Under the pieces are notes generated by a model, which saw only the letters and a program-made list of their open reading frames with translations, made no database searches and was not told where the DNA came from. Of a stretch of 34,318 bases of DNA, positions 24,531 through 33,092 are shown in pieces. Numbering within the stretch: the stretch's first letter is position 1; each line of letters starts with the position of its first letter. The position numbers and the translations under genes were made by a program. Source of the stretch: Actinomycetota bacterium (GTDB taxonomy: Bacteria; Actinomycetota; Acidimicrobiia; Acidimicrobiales; VFJN01); contig JBKPRV010000192.1 of NCBI GenBank assembly GCA_046734715.1, forward strand, positions 1-34,318, in the 5' to 3' direction.

Positions 24531-25172
24531 CTAGGCGGCGAGGTCGTCGATCAGCTCCGCAACGATCTCCCGCGAGCTGAGGCGCCAGCCCACCATGCGG
24601 TCGAACCGTGCGCTCCGACCGGGCTTGGCCCGATCCGCCTCCCACACCGCGAGAGCACCGCGGGTGTCGACGGTCCCGTCCAGGTCGGCCAGGTACTGGC
24701 GGGTCTGCTCGTCCCAGATCGAGACGGGCCCGCCCCGCGCGAACGAGTGGTCGCCCGGTGCCGGGCCGTCGGGCTCGCAGGCGTACAGCGCGGCGAGGAA
24801 CCCGGCCAGGTCCTGGGCGAACTCCAGTGGGTCGGGCACGGGCTCGTCGCACAGGAGCCCGCCCTCGATCCACCCGTACACGGACCACGGCCGCGGGAAC
24901 AAGGGACCCGGCTCGCCCCGCGCGAGCGGAGTCGGGATGGCCACCGGCAGGCCCGCGGAGGCGAGGACCGGCAGCCAGCGCTGCTCCTTGTCCACCTGGG
25001 CGGAGTAGACGTCGGCGCTCGGCAGCCGGACCGACATCGTCTCCCCCAGGCGAAACGTCGTGTTGTCCCAGCCGTCCAGGGCCACCCGGCCGACCGGAAG
25101 GCCGGCCCACTCCGGGAACTGGGACGCCACGAGCCGCTCCACCAGCTCGACCGTGATGTCCCCGTTCAGCAC
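24531..25172 (-). pseudogene. Aminoglycoside-phosphotransferase (APH/protein-kinase-like) family remnant lacking the catalytic core
   Basis: The N-lobe is intact (VELVERLVASQFPEWAGLPVGRVALDGWDNTTFRLGETMSVRLPS...KEQRWLPVLA...PWSVYGWIEG...GDHSFARGGPV...AVWEA). No HGDxxxxN or DFG/IDFG motif follows. The ORF ends after 213 aa, against about 300 aa as I recall for the family. GTG start at 25172. Confidence 0.55.
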
Positions 25173-25313
25173 CGCCCGAGTGTGGCAAGCGCCCCGGGCT
25201 GGCTCCGAAGGACTTTCGCGGCCGCCGACCCGTAGGCCGCGGCCCAGGCTGCGAGTCCGGGAGTAGGGCGTTCCCCACTGCCCCCGGCGGCCTGGCGGCC
25301 TCACCATGGCCGC

Positions 25314-26075
25314 GTGATGACTGTCGATTCGCAGCGGCTGCAGGGGCGGCTCGCGCTCGTGACCGGAGGGGCGTCGGGGATAGGGGCGGCCACCGCCCGC
25401 CGGCTGTCCGGCGAAGGGTCGCACGTGATCGTGGCCGACCGGGACGGCGAAGGGGCGGGGAAGCTGGCCGCCGACATCGGCGGCGGCGCCGTGGTGGTCG
25501 ACGTGGCCGACGTCGCCGCGGTGAGGGCGGCCGTCGCCCACGTCGAGGAGGCGTTCGGGCCCGTCGACGTGCTGGTGAACAACGCCGGGGGTGACCAGGC
25601 CGCCCTGTTTCTGGATACCGACGAGGCGGCGTGGGACGCGGCGCTGGCGCTGAACCTGAAGAGCGCGATCGCCTGCACGCACGCCGTGTTCGGCGCGATG
25701 GTCGGGCGCGGGGGCGGCGCCATCGTGAACGTGGCCAGCGAGGCCGGTCGGGTCGGCATGGTGGGCGGTGCGATCTACGCGGCGGCCAAGGCGGGGGTGA
25801 TCGGCCTGACCAAGGCCGTCGCTCGGGAGGGTGCCCGCTTCAACGTGCGCTGCAACGCGGTGGCCCCCGGGCCGGTCGACACGCCGCTGCTCGAGGGGCT
25901 GCGTCGCGATCCCTTGGGTGCACGCATCCGCCAGGGCATGATCGACGCCACCGTGCTGGGCCGGTGCGGCCGGCCCGACGAGATCGCGGCGGCGATAGCC
26001 TTCCTCGCCTCCGACGACGCCTCGTACGTGACCGGCCACACGCTGGCTGTGAGCGGCGGGTTGTCGATGTGGTGA
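25314..26075 (+). CDS. Short-chain dehydrogenase/reductase (FabG-like SDR)
   Basis: LVTGGASGIGAAT (TGxxxGxG), NNAG, and the catalytic Y-x3-K in YAAAKAGVIGLT. 253 aa. Confidence 0.9.
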   Translation: MMTVDSQRLQGRLALVTGGASGIGAATARRLSGEGSHVIVADRDGEGAGKLAADIGGGAVVVDVADVAAVRAAVAHVEEAFGPVDVLVNNAGGDQAALFLDTDEAAWDAALALNLKSAIACTHAVFGAMVGRGGGAIVNVASEAGRVGMVGGAIYAAAKAGVIGLTKAVAREGARFNVRCNAVAPGPVDTPLLEGLRRDPLGARIRQGMIDATVLGRCGRPDEIAAAIAFLASDDASYVTGHTLAVSGGLSMW

Positions 26076-26188
26076 ACGTCAGCTGCGGTGAGGGCGTCTG
26101 TAGGGCGACCCCTACTACCGCCCGCCACGTCTCGGCGAGACCCTGGTCCCAAGGGCCGAGGGCGGCCCATACGAGGGGGATCAGAGCG

Positions 26189-27448
26189 ATGAACCGCTTC
26201 TCTCATGGTCGTATCGTCGGGGCGGCGCTGGTCGCCGTCGGCCTGGTGGCCGCCGCGTGCTCGGGTGACGACGGCACCACGTCGGACTCGGGCCGCGACC
26301 TCGGTGACACCACCGCCACCAGCGTCGGCACCGAGGCCACCGGCGAGCCCATCGCCGTCGGCTTCGTCAACAGCGAGGGCGGCGCCTTCTCCGTGCCGGA
26401 GCTGCGGGTGGGCAACGAGGTGGCCACCGACTACCTCAACGAGCGGCTCGGCGGCGTCAACGGCCGGCCGCTGGAGGTGACCCACTGCGAAACCGACGGC
26501 TCGCCGGAGGCCTCGATCGATTGCGCCAACCAGTTCGTGGAGGCGGGTGTCGTGGCCGTGGTGGAGGGCACCGACCTCGGCGGGGACGCCATGCTGCCGA
26601 TCCTGGCCGATGCCGGGATCCCGCTGGTCGGGCACGTCCAGTTCGGACCCGCCCGGATGTTCGACCCCAACGCGACCTACTTCGGTGCCGCCGCCCTGGC
26701 CTACGGCGCGGCTGCGCTCCAGTTCTACGCCGACGAGGGTGCCGAGTCGGTGGTCTGGTTCCTGCCCGACGAGCCCAGCAGCCACGCGTTCACCGACGCG
26801 GCGCTCGAGCCGACCAGCGCGGCGCTGGGCATCGACTACACGACCGTCTACTACGACGCCGCCTCGCCCAACTGGGCGGTCCTGGCCACGACGGCAGTGG
26901 CGGAGAGCCCCGACGTCAGCGGCACGATCGCCGCCACCGACGCCCAGTGCGCCGAGATGGTGGGCGCTCTGCGCGACGCCGGCTACCAGGGTCGGATCCT
27001 GGCCGCCTCGTGCATGGGACTCCACGATGCCCTGGGTGACGACGCCGTCGGCGTCGACACCGACGCGGACCACTGGTACCCGGGCGACATCGACTCGGCG
27101 CCCGCCGCCAAGCAGGCCGAGCTCGAGGAGTACGGCGCCGTCATGCGGGCGGCCGGGCACGAGGACCTCATCGGCGGCAACGCCATCATCAGCTTCGCCG
27201 ACATGATCAACCTGTCCCGCATCATGGCGACCATCGCCGGAACCATCGACGGGCCGGCGGTCGCCGGTGCCCTCGATGCGACGAGCAACTTCGACAGCTA
27301 TGCCGGGCCGACCATCTCCTGCGACGGCACGGTCATGCCCGGCAACTCGGCCTGCAGCACCGACCTGCTGTTCTTCCAGGTGCAGGACGACGGATCGGTG
27401 CAAGCCGTCACCGACGACTTCGTCGACGTGACCGCGCTGGTCGGCTGA
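26189..27448 (+). CDS. ABC transporter substrate-binding lipoprotein, LivJ/branched-chain amino-acid-type (Peripla_BP_6)
   Basis: Lipobox LVAAAC after the basic/hydrophobic N-terminus MNRFSHGRIVGAALVAVG. Also IAVGFVNSEGGAFSVPELRVGNEVATDYLNERLGGVNGRPLEV. GAGGGGGA RBS. Confidence 0.85.
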   Translation: MNRFSHGRIVGAALVAVGLVAAACSGDDGTTSDSGRDLGDTTATSVGTEATGEPIAVGFVNSEGGAFSVPELRVGNEVATDYLNERLGGVNGRPLEVTHCETDGSPEASIDCANQFVEAGVVAVVEGTDLGGDAMLPILADAGIPLVGHVQFGPARMFDPNATYFGAAALAYGAAALQFYADEGAESVVWFLPDEPSSHAFTDAALEPTSAALGIDYTTVYYDAASPNWAVLATTAVAESPDVSGTIAATDAQCAEMVGALRDAGYQGRILAASCMGLHDALGDDAVGVDTDADHWYPGDIDSAPAAKQAELEEYGAVMRAAGHEDLIGGNAIISFADMINLSRIMATIAGTIDGPAVAGALDATSNFDSYAGPTISCDGTVMPGNSACSTDLLFFQVQDDGSVQAVTDDFVDVTALVG

Positions 27449-27467
27449 GCCGCGGCGGAGCACCGAC

Positions 27468-29456
27468 GTGAGCGACCACCTGCTGTTCCTCATCGTGGGG
27501 CTGGGGGCCGGCGCCGCGTACGCGGCGCTGGCCCTGGCCCTCGTCACCACCAACCGGGGGGCAGGGGTGGTGAACATCGCCCAGGGCGCCATGGCGGTGT
27601 GGGTGGCGTTCGTGTACGACGAGCTGCGTCGCGAGGGTGATCTGGTCCTTCCCGCCGGGCGGGTCGACCTCGGCAGCGGGCTGGCGGCCGGGCCCGCGTT
27701 GCTCGCCGGCCTGGCCACGGCCGCGGCGCTCGGTTTGGTGGTCCACCTCGTGGTGTTCCGGCCGTTGCGCTCGGCACCGCCGCTGGCCAAGGTCGTCGGC
27801 TCGGTCGGAGTGGCGATCGTCCTCCAGGCGCTGGCGGTGCTGCGGTTCGGGACCGGCCGTCGGGCCGTGCCCCCGGTGCTGCCGGACGACCCGGTGCACC
27901 TCGGCGCGCTGAGCTTCTCGCAGGATCGGATCTGGCTGGCTGCCCTGGTCGCCGCCCTGGCTGCGGCCCTGTGGGCCCGCGGCCGCTTCACCCGGGCGGG
28001 CCTGGCGACGCGGGCCGCGGCCGAGTCGGAGCGCGGGGCGATCCTGCTGGGCTGGTCGCCCGACCGCCTGGCCGCGGCGACCTGGGTGCTGGCCGCCGTG
28101 GTGGGCGGAGGCGTGGCCATGGTGGTGGCGCCCACCGTCGGGCTCGACCCGGTGAGCTGGACGCTGATGGTCGTGCCCGGGCTGGCCTGCGCACTGGTGG
28201 GTCGCCTGAGCGCCGTGGGCACCGCCTGCGCGGCCGGGCTGGCGCTCGGCGCCGTCGAGTCGGAGATCACCTTCCTCTCCTCGCGGGACTGGTGGCCGTC
28301 CTGGGCCACCGTGGGCGTGGCCGAGTCGGTGCCACTGATCGTCATCGTCGTGGCCCTGTTCGTGCTCGGCCGGCGGTTGCCGGAGCGGGGCGCGGCGGCG
28401 GTGGACCCGCTGCCCGCCGTCCCCACGCCCCGCGTGCGGGCCCCGGTGGTGGGCCTGCTCGTGGTGGCGGGGCTGGCCGCGCTGGTGCTGACCGACGGCA
28501 GTTACCGCTTCGGCATCATCACGTCGATGATCGCGGCACTGCTGGCCCTGTCGCTGGTGGTGCTGACCGGCTACGTCGGGCAGATCTCGCTGGCCCAGGC
28601 CGCGTTCGCGGGGACCGCCGGCTTCGTGGTGTCCAAGCTGGGCACCGGCCTGCCGTTCCCGCTGCCACTCCTCGTGGGCGCGCTGGCGGCCACCGCCCTC
28701 GGGCTGCTCGTCGCCGTGCCCGCGCTGCGGGTCCGCGGCGTGCAGCTGGCCGTGGTCACGCTGGCTGCGGGAGTCGCCATCGAGCAGTTCGTGTTCCAGA
28801 ACCCGCAGCTGGCGGGCTCGCAGGGCAACCTCGTCCCGGACCCCCGCCTGTTCGGCCTCGACCTGGCGATCCGCCGCGGGGCCGAGCTGGCGCGCTGGCA
28901 GTTCGGCGCGCTGGTGCTGGTGGTGCTGACCGTGGCGGCGCTGGCGGTCGCCAACCTTGGCCGCAGCGCCACCGGGAGGGCGCTGCTGGCGGTGCGGTCG
29001 AACGAGCGGGCCGCCGCCTCGCTCGGCGTGGACGTCGCCGCGGCCAAGCTGCTCGCGTTCGCCGCCTCCGCGTTCCTGGCCGGGCTCGGCGGGGCGCTGA
29101 CCGGCTACAGCCGCGGCCAGCTGTCGGCCGACTCGTTCGCGGTGTCGCTGAGCCTGACCCTGCTCGCCTTCGCCTACCTCGGCGGCATCACCAGCGTCGG
29201 CGGCGCCCTGGTCGCCGGGGCGCTGGCGCCCCTCGGCATCGGCTACGTCGTCCTCGACCGGACCTTCGACCTCGGCCGGCACTACCTGCTCGTGTCGGGC
29301 ATCCTGCTGGTGGCGACGGCCGTCCTCAACCCGGGCGGCATCGCGGGCACCGTGCGCGGCCGCCTGGCCCGGTGGTCCCGCTCGTCGCCCGTCCCCACGT
29401 CCCCACCCCCGCCGGCGGCCGAGCCGGCGCCGGCAACCGCAGGAGCACACACATGA
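27468..29456 (+). CDS. Fused LivH-LivM-type ABC transporter permease (two permease domains in one 662-aa protein)
   Basis: The N-half LFLIVGLGAGAAYAALALALV...NIAQGAM is LivH-like. The C-half ALSLVVLTGYVGQISLAQAAFAGTAGFVVSKL is LivM-like. GTG start. Confidence 0.85.
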   Translation: MSDHLLFLIVGLGAGAAYAALALALVTTNRGAGVVNIAQGAMAVWVAFVYDELRREGDLVLPAGRVDLGSGLAAGPALLAGLATAAALGLVVHLVVFRPLRSAPPLAKVVGSVGVAIVLQALAVLRFGTGRRAVPPVLPDDPVHLGALSFSQDRIWLAALVAALAAALWARGRFTRAGLATRAAAESERGAILLGWSPDRLAAATWVLAAVVGGGVAMVVAPTVGLDPVSWTLMVVPGLACALVGRLSAVGTACAAGLALGAVESEITFLSSRDWWPSWATVGVAESVPLIVIVVALFVLGRRLPERGAAAVDPLPAVPTPRVRAPVVGLLVVAGLAALVLTDGSYRFGIITSMIAALLALSLVVLTGYVGQISLAQAAFAGTAGFVVSKLGTGLPFPLPLLVGALAATALGLLVAVPALRVRGVQLAVVTLAAGVAIEQFVFQNPQLAGSQGNLVPDPRLFGLDLAIRRGAELARWQFGALVLVVLTVAALAVANLGRSATGRALLAVRSNERAAASLGVDVAAAKLLAFAASAFLAGLGGALTGYSRGQLSADSFAVSLSLTLLAFAYLGGITSVGGALVAGALAPLGIGYVVLDRTFDLGRHYLLVSGILLVATAVLNPGGIAGTVRGRLARWSRSSPVPTSPPPPAAEPAPATAGAHT

Positions 29457-30118
29457 CCACGACGACCGCCGGCTTCGACCTGGCGCACACCGACCGGCTG
29501 CTCACGACCACCCGGGCCGTCCGCCGGCGCCTCGACTTCGATCGGCCGGTCGAGCGCGAGGTGGTGCTCGACTGCTTGCGTGTCGCCCTCCAGGCACCGT
29601 CCGGTGGCAACAGCCAGCCGTGGCGGTGGCTCGTGATCGACGACCCCGACGTGCGCGCGGCCCTCGGCGATCTCTACCGCGAGGGGTACGGGCCCTACAT
29701 CGAGATGCAGAAGGCGGCCGTTCGCGAGGCCGGGGGCGACGACGACAGTGCGATCATCCGCAGCTCCGACTACCTCGCCGAGCACCTGCACGAGGCGCCG
29801 ATCCACGTGATCCCCTGCCTGCTGGACCGGCTGCCCGAGCGACCGTCCCCGGCCGACACCGCCGGGTTCTACGGATCGATCCTGCCCGCAGTGTGGAGCT
29901 TCCAGCTCGCCCTGCGCAGCCGGGGCCTCGGCTCGGCGTTCACGACGCTGCACCTGCTGCACGAGCGGGAGGCGGCCGAGCTGCTCGAGGTCCCCGACAC
30001 GGTGACCATGGCCGCCCTGCTGCCGGTGGCCTATACGACCGGTGGCGACTTCCGTCCCGCCGACCGCAAGCCGGTCGAGGCCGTGACCTACTGGAACGCA
30101 TGGAAGCGGCGCGAGTGA
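29453..30118 (+). CDS. Nitroreductase-family (FMN) oxidoreductase
   Basis: TTRAVRRRLDFDRPVEREVVLDCLRVALQAPSGGNSQPWRWLVI is the nitroreductase-fold N-terminal signature. Its ATG overlaps the permease stop (ATGA). Confidence 0.8.
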   Translation: MTTTTAGFDLAHTDRLLTTTRAVRRRLDFDRPVEREVVLDCLRVALQAPSGGNSQPWRWLVIDDPDVRAALGDLYREGYGPYIEMQKAAVREAGGDDDSAIIRSSDYLAEHLHEAPIHVIPCLLDRLPERPSPADTAGFYGSILPAVWSFQLALRSRGLGSAFTTLHLLHEREAAELLEVPDTVTMAALLPVAYTTGGDFRPADRKPVEAVTYWNAWKRRE

Positions 30119-30134
30119 CCCGCACGCCGGGTCA
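30116..30134. terminator. Candidate bidirectional stem-loop between convergent operons
   Basis: TGACCCG-cacgc-CGGGTCA forms a 7-bp perfect stem with a 5-nt loop. The two outer triplets are the stop codons of the nitroreductase (TGA 30116-30118) and the LivF-like gene (TCA 30132-30134). No U-tract. Confidence 0.35.
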
Positions 30135-30845
30135 GGCGCCCAGGTAGCTGGCCTGAAGCAGGTCGTGCCGGCCAGCGAGGTCGGCGGCCGCACCGCGGGC
30201 CACGACCTCGCCGTGCACCAGCACCAGGGCGGCGTCCGCGATCCAGAGCGCCAGTGGCACGTGCTGCTCGACCAGCAGCACGCCGATCTCCCGCTCGTCG
30301 GCGATCCGGCGGATCACGCCGGCCAGCTGGTCGACGATCCTGGGCGCCAGCCCCAGGCTCATCTCGTCGATGAGCAGCAGCTGCGGCCGGGCGACGAGAG
30401 CACGCGCGACGGCCAGCATCTGCTGCTCGCCGCCGGACAGCAGCCCCGTCCGCCGGTCGAGCAGGGGAGCGAGTGCCGGGAACCAGGTCGAGGCCTCGAC
30501 GATCGCCGCGGCCGCGTGGCCCCCGTCGCGGGCCGCGAGCCGCAGGTTGTCGCGCACGCTCAGCCTCCCGAACAGCCCGCGATCCTCGGTGACATAGCCG
30601 AGCCCCCGCCGCGCGTTGCGGTGGGGCGCTCGGGTGTCGACCGGCCGGCCGAGCACGCGCACACTGCCCCCCAGGACGGGGAGCAGACCGGCGACGGTCA
30701 TCAGCGTCGTGGTCTTGCCGGCCCCGTTCGGGCCGAGCAGTGCCACCACCTCGCCGGGATCGACGGAGAACGACAGGTCCCGGACCACGGCGCTGCCGCC
30801 GTAGCCGGCTTGCAGGTCGCGCACGTCGAGCAGGGGGCCGCTCAT
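30132..30845 (-). CDS. ABC transporter ATP-binding protein, LivF-like
   Basis: Walker A GPNGAGKTT, signature LSGGEQQMLAVARAL, Walker B LLLIDEMSLGLAP, and the C-terminal LLQASYLGA typical of LivF. Confidence 0.9.
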   Translation of the reverse strand: MSGPLLDVRDLQAGYGGSAVVRDLSFSVDPGEVVALLGPNGAGKTTTLMTVAGLLPVLGGSVRVLGRPVDTRAPHRNARRGLGYVTEDRGLFGRLSVRDNLRLAARDGGHAAAAIVEASTWFPALAPLLDRRTGLLSGGEQQMLAVARALVARPQLLLIDEMSLGLAPRIVDQLAGVIRRIADEREIGVLLVEQHVPLALWIADAALVLVHGEVVARGAAADLAGRHDLLQASYLGA

Positions 30846-31582
30846 GCGCCCACCCCGAGGTAGGCGCGGACGACCCGCTCGTCGTCGCGGACCTGGGTGG
30901 GGCTGCCGCTGGCGATGTGGCGGCCGCCGTCCACGACGTGAACCACGTCGCAGGCGCCCAGCACCAGGTCCATGTCGTGGTCGATCAGCAGCACGGCGAT
31001 CCCCGTCCCCGCGATGTCGCGCAACAGGGCGCCGAGCGCCCGGCTCTCGCCCGTGTCGAGCCCGGCGGCCGGCTCGTCGAGCAGCAGCACCCTGGGGGCG
31101 GCGACCAGCGACCGGCACAGGCCCACCAGCTTCCGCTCGCCCTCGGACAGCTCGTGCGTGCCCCGGCTGAACAGGTGGCCGATGCCCACCAGGTCGACGG
31201 CCCAGTCCAGCCGGGGCCCCGCGGGCGAGCGGCGGGGGACGACCAGGTCGCGCAGCGCCCCCCGGACCCCGACCCGCTCGGCGGCGACCGCCAGGTTGCT
31301 GCGGACGTCGAGGTCGTCGAACAGCTCCACCGACTGGAAGCTGCGCACCAGCCCACGCCGGGCCCGCCGGTGCGGGGCCATCCCGTCGAGCACCTCGCCG
31401 TCGAGACGCACCGAACCGCGGTAGGCGACGAACCCGGACAGCGCGTCGATGATGCTGGTCTTGCCCGCACCGTTGGGCCCGATCAGCCCGGTGAGCGTCC
31501 CGGCCTCGACGTCGAGGTCCATCCCGTCCACGGCCCGGACGCCGCCGTAGGTCACGGTGAGCGCGCGGGTGGACAGCCTCAC
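30842..31582 (-). CDS. ABC transporter ATP-binding protein, LivG-like
   Basis: Walker A GPNGAGKTS, signature-like LSEGERKLVGLCRSL, Walker B VLLLDEPAAGLD. Its stop overlaps the LivF-like start (ATGA). GTG start at 31582. Confidence 0.9.
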   Translation of the reverse strand: MRLSTRALTVTYGGVRAVDGMDLDVEAGTLTGLIGPNGAGKTSIIDALSGFVAYRGSVRLDGEVLDGMAPHRRARRGLVRSFQSVELFDDLDVRSNLAVAAERVGVRGALRDLVVPRRSPAGPRLDWAVDLVGIGHLFSRGTHELSEGERKLVGLCRSLVAAPRVLLLDEPAAGLDTGESRALGALLRDIAGTGIAVLLIDHDMDLVLGACDVVHVVDGGRHIASGSPTQVRDDERVVRAYLGVGA

Positions 31583-31749
31583 CAGCCGACCGCCCGCTGC
31601 AGCAGGGCCAGCAGGCCGACCCAGCCCACGAACGAGGCTTCGGTCCCGTCAGGGTGGACGAGCGTGCCCCGCACCGGCGGGTCGGCCTCGCCCGCGGGCC
31701 CATCGGCCGCAGTGCGGTCGACGGCGATGTCGAGTTGGAGCAGGGGCAT
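31579..31749 (-). CDS. Small hypothetical protein (56 aa), translationally coupled to the LivG-like ATPase
   Basis: The ATG at 31749 is preceded by GAGGAGG with a 7-nt spacer. The stop overlaps the LivG-like GTG (GTGA). Translation is MPLLQLDIAVDRTAADGPAGEADPPVRGTLVHPDGTEASFVGWVGLLALLQRAVGW. Confidence 0.4.
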   Translation of the reverse strand: MPLLQLDIAVDRTAADGPAGEADPPVRGTLVHPDGTEASFVGWVGLLALLQRAVGW

Positions 31750-31775
31750 GGGGTCGCCTCCTCGGGCCCGGGCGC

Positions 31776-32993
31776 CTAGCGGACCCAGGTGTCGTAGCGG
31801 GCCCGCCGGTAGCCGAGGGCACGGTAGGTGGCGTCGACCAGCGCCTGGCCGGTCGGTCCCAAACCCAGGGCGGCCGACATCTGGTTCATGACGAAGGCGA
31901 AGGACATGTCGCACCCGGGGTCGGCGAAGCCGATCGACCCGCCGTTGCCGATGTGACCGAACGCCTCCTCGCTGAGCGAGATCAGGCTGGGCGGCTCGGC
32001 GCCCCGCGGCGTGGCGCCCGCCTTGAGGAACCCCAGCGTCCACCGGCCCGGGCCGGAGAGCACGGCATCCTCGCCCCCGGCCGACTGGACCGCCGCCATG
32101 CGCATGATGTCCTCGGCGTCGAGCGTGAACCGTCCGACCTGGCGGTCGTGGACGATGGCGCGGTACAGGCCCGCGAGCGCCCGGGCGTTCATCACACCGC
32201 CCGAGGCGGGCAGCTCCGCGGCCAGCGCCGCCGGTGAGTCCCACTCGCCCGGCACCAGGTAGCCGCCGTTGTTCAGCATGACGAGCGCCGGGATCGAGCC
32301 CGGCTCGGTCATGGCTCGGAGCAGGAAGGCGGGCACCGGGTCGCCAGGCTGGGGGTTGGGAGGAGGGATGAGCCTGGCGACCCGGCCGTGCTGGTCCTCG
32401 GGCAGGCCGACGTGCAGGTCGAGGCCGAGGGGACCGGCGATCTCGTCGGCCACGAAGCGCCCCAGGCTGCGGCCGGACACCCGCCGGACCACCTCACCGA
32501 CGAGGAACCCGAACGTGAGGGCGTGGTACCCGTGCCGGCTCCCGGGCTCCCAGAACGGCGCCTCGGCCGCGAGCCGCTGCACCATGGCGTCCCAGTCGTA
32601 GAAGCCACCGGCCGGCACGGGGTCTCGCAACGCGGGCAGCCCGGCCTGGTGGGTGAGGAGGTGGCGGACGAGCACCCGCTCCTTGCCGGCCTGGGCGAAC
32701 TCCGGCCAGTACGTTGCGACCGGCTCGTCGAAGTCCAGGTGCCCGGCCGTGGCCAGCAGGTGGGCGGCCAGGGCGGTGGCACCCTTGGTCGACGACATGG
32801 CCACGCACAGCGTGTCCTTGTCCCAGGGGCGATCGCCGTCCGGGTCGGCCTGGCCGCCCCAGAGATCGACGACCGACTCGCCGCCGACGGTCACCGCCAC
32901 CGATGCCCCCAGCTCGCCGCGCTCGGTGAAGTTCCGCTCGAACTCGCGCGCGACGCCGGCGAACCGCTCGTCGCAGTGGCCCTGCACGTCCAT
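31776..32993 (-). CDS. Serine hydrolase of the class C beta-lactamase/esterase (EstB-like) family
   Basis: The S-x-x-K nucleophile motif sits in CVAMSSTKGATALAAHLL. The context ERGELGASVAVTVGGESVVDLWGG is typical of beta-lactamase-fold esterases. 405 aa. Confidence 0.85.
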   Translation of the reverse strand: MDVQGHCDERFAGVAREFERNFTERGELGASVAVTVGGESVVDLWGGQADPDGDRPWDKDTLCVAMSSTKGATALAAHLLATAGHLDFDEPVATYWPEFAQAGKERVLVRHLLTHQAGLPALRDPVPAGGFYDWDAMVQRLAAEAPFWEPGSRHGYHALTFGFLVGEVVRRVSGRSLGRFVADEIAGPLGLDLHVGLPEDQHGRVARLIPPPNPQPGDPVPAFLLRAMTEPGSIPALVMLNNGGYLVPGEWDSPAALAAELPASGGVMNARALAGLYRAIVHDRQVGRFTLDAEDIMRMAAVQSAGGEDAVLSGPGRWTLGFLKAGATPRGAEPPSLISLSEEAFGHIGNGGSIGFADPGCDMSFAFVMNQMSAALGLGPTGQALVDATYRALGYRRARYDTWVR

Positions 32994-33092
32994 GACCCTC
33001 GCTCCCCTTGTGGCTGCTGCCCCCCATGGTGCGCCGCGCGGGCCCGCCGGCGTAGTGGGAACCTCCCTACACTCCGGGCGGGAAGGGGGGCA

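Noticed and set aside
26100-26115. Hairpin GTAGGG-cgac-CCCTAC downstream of the SDR gene as a terminator or riboswitch element before the SBP gene.
   Set aside because: The stem is only 6 bp, there is no U-tract, and no further conserved structure is recognisable. It is too weak to call.
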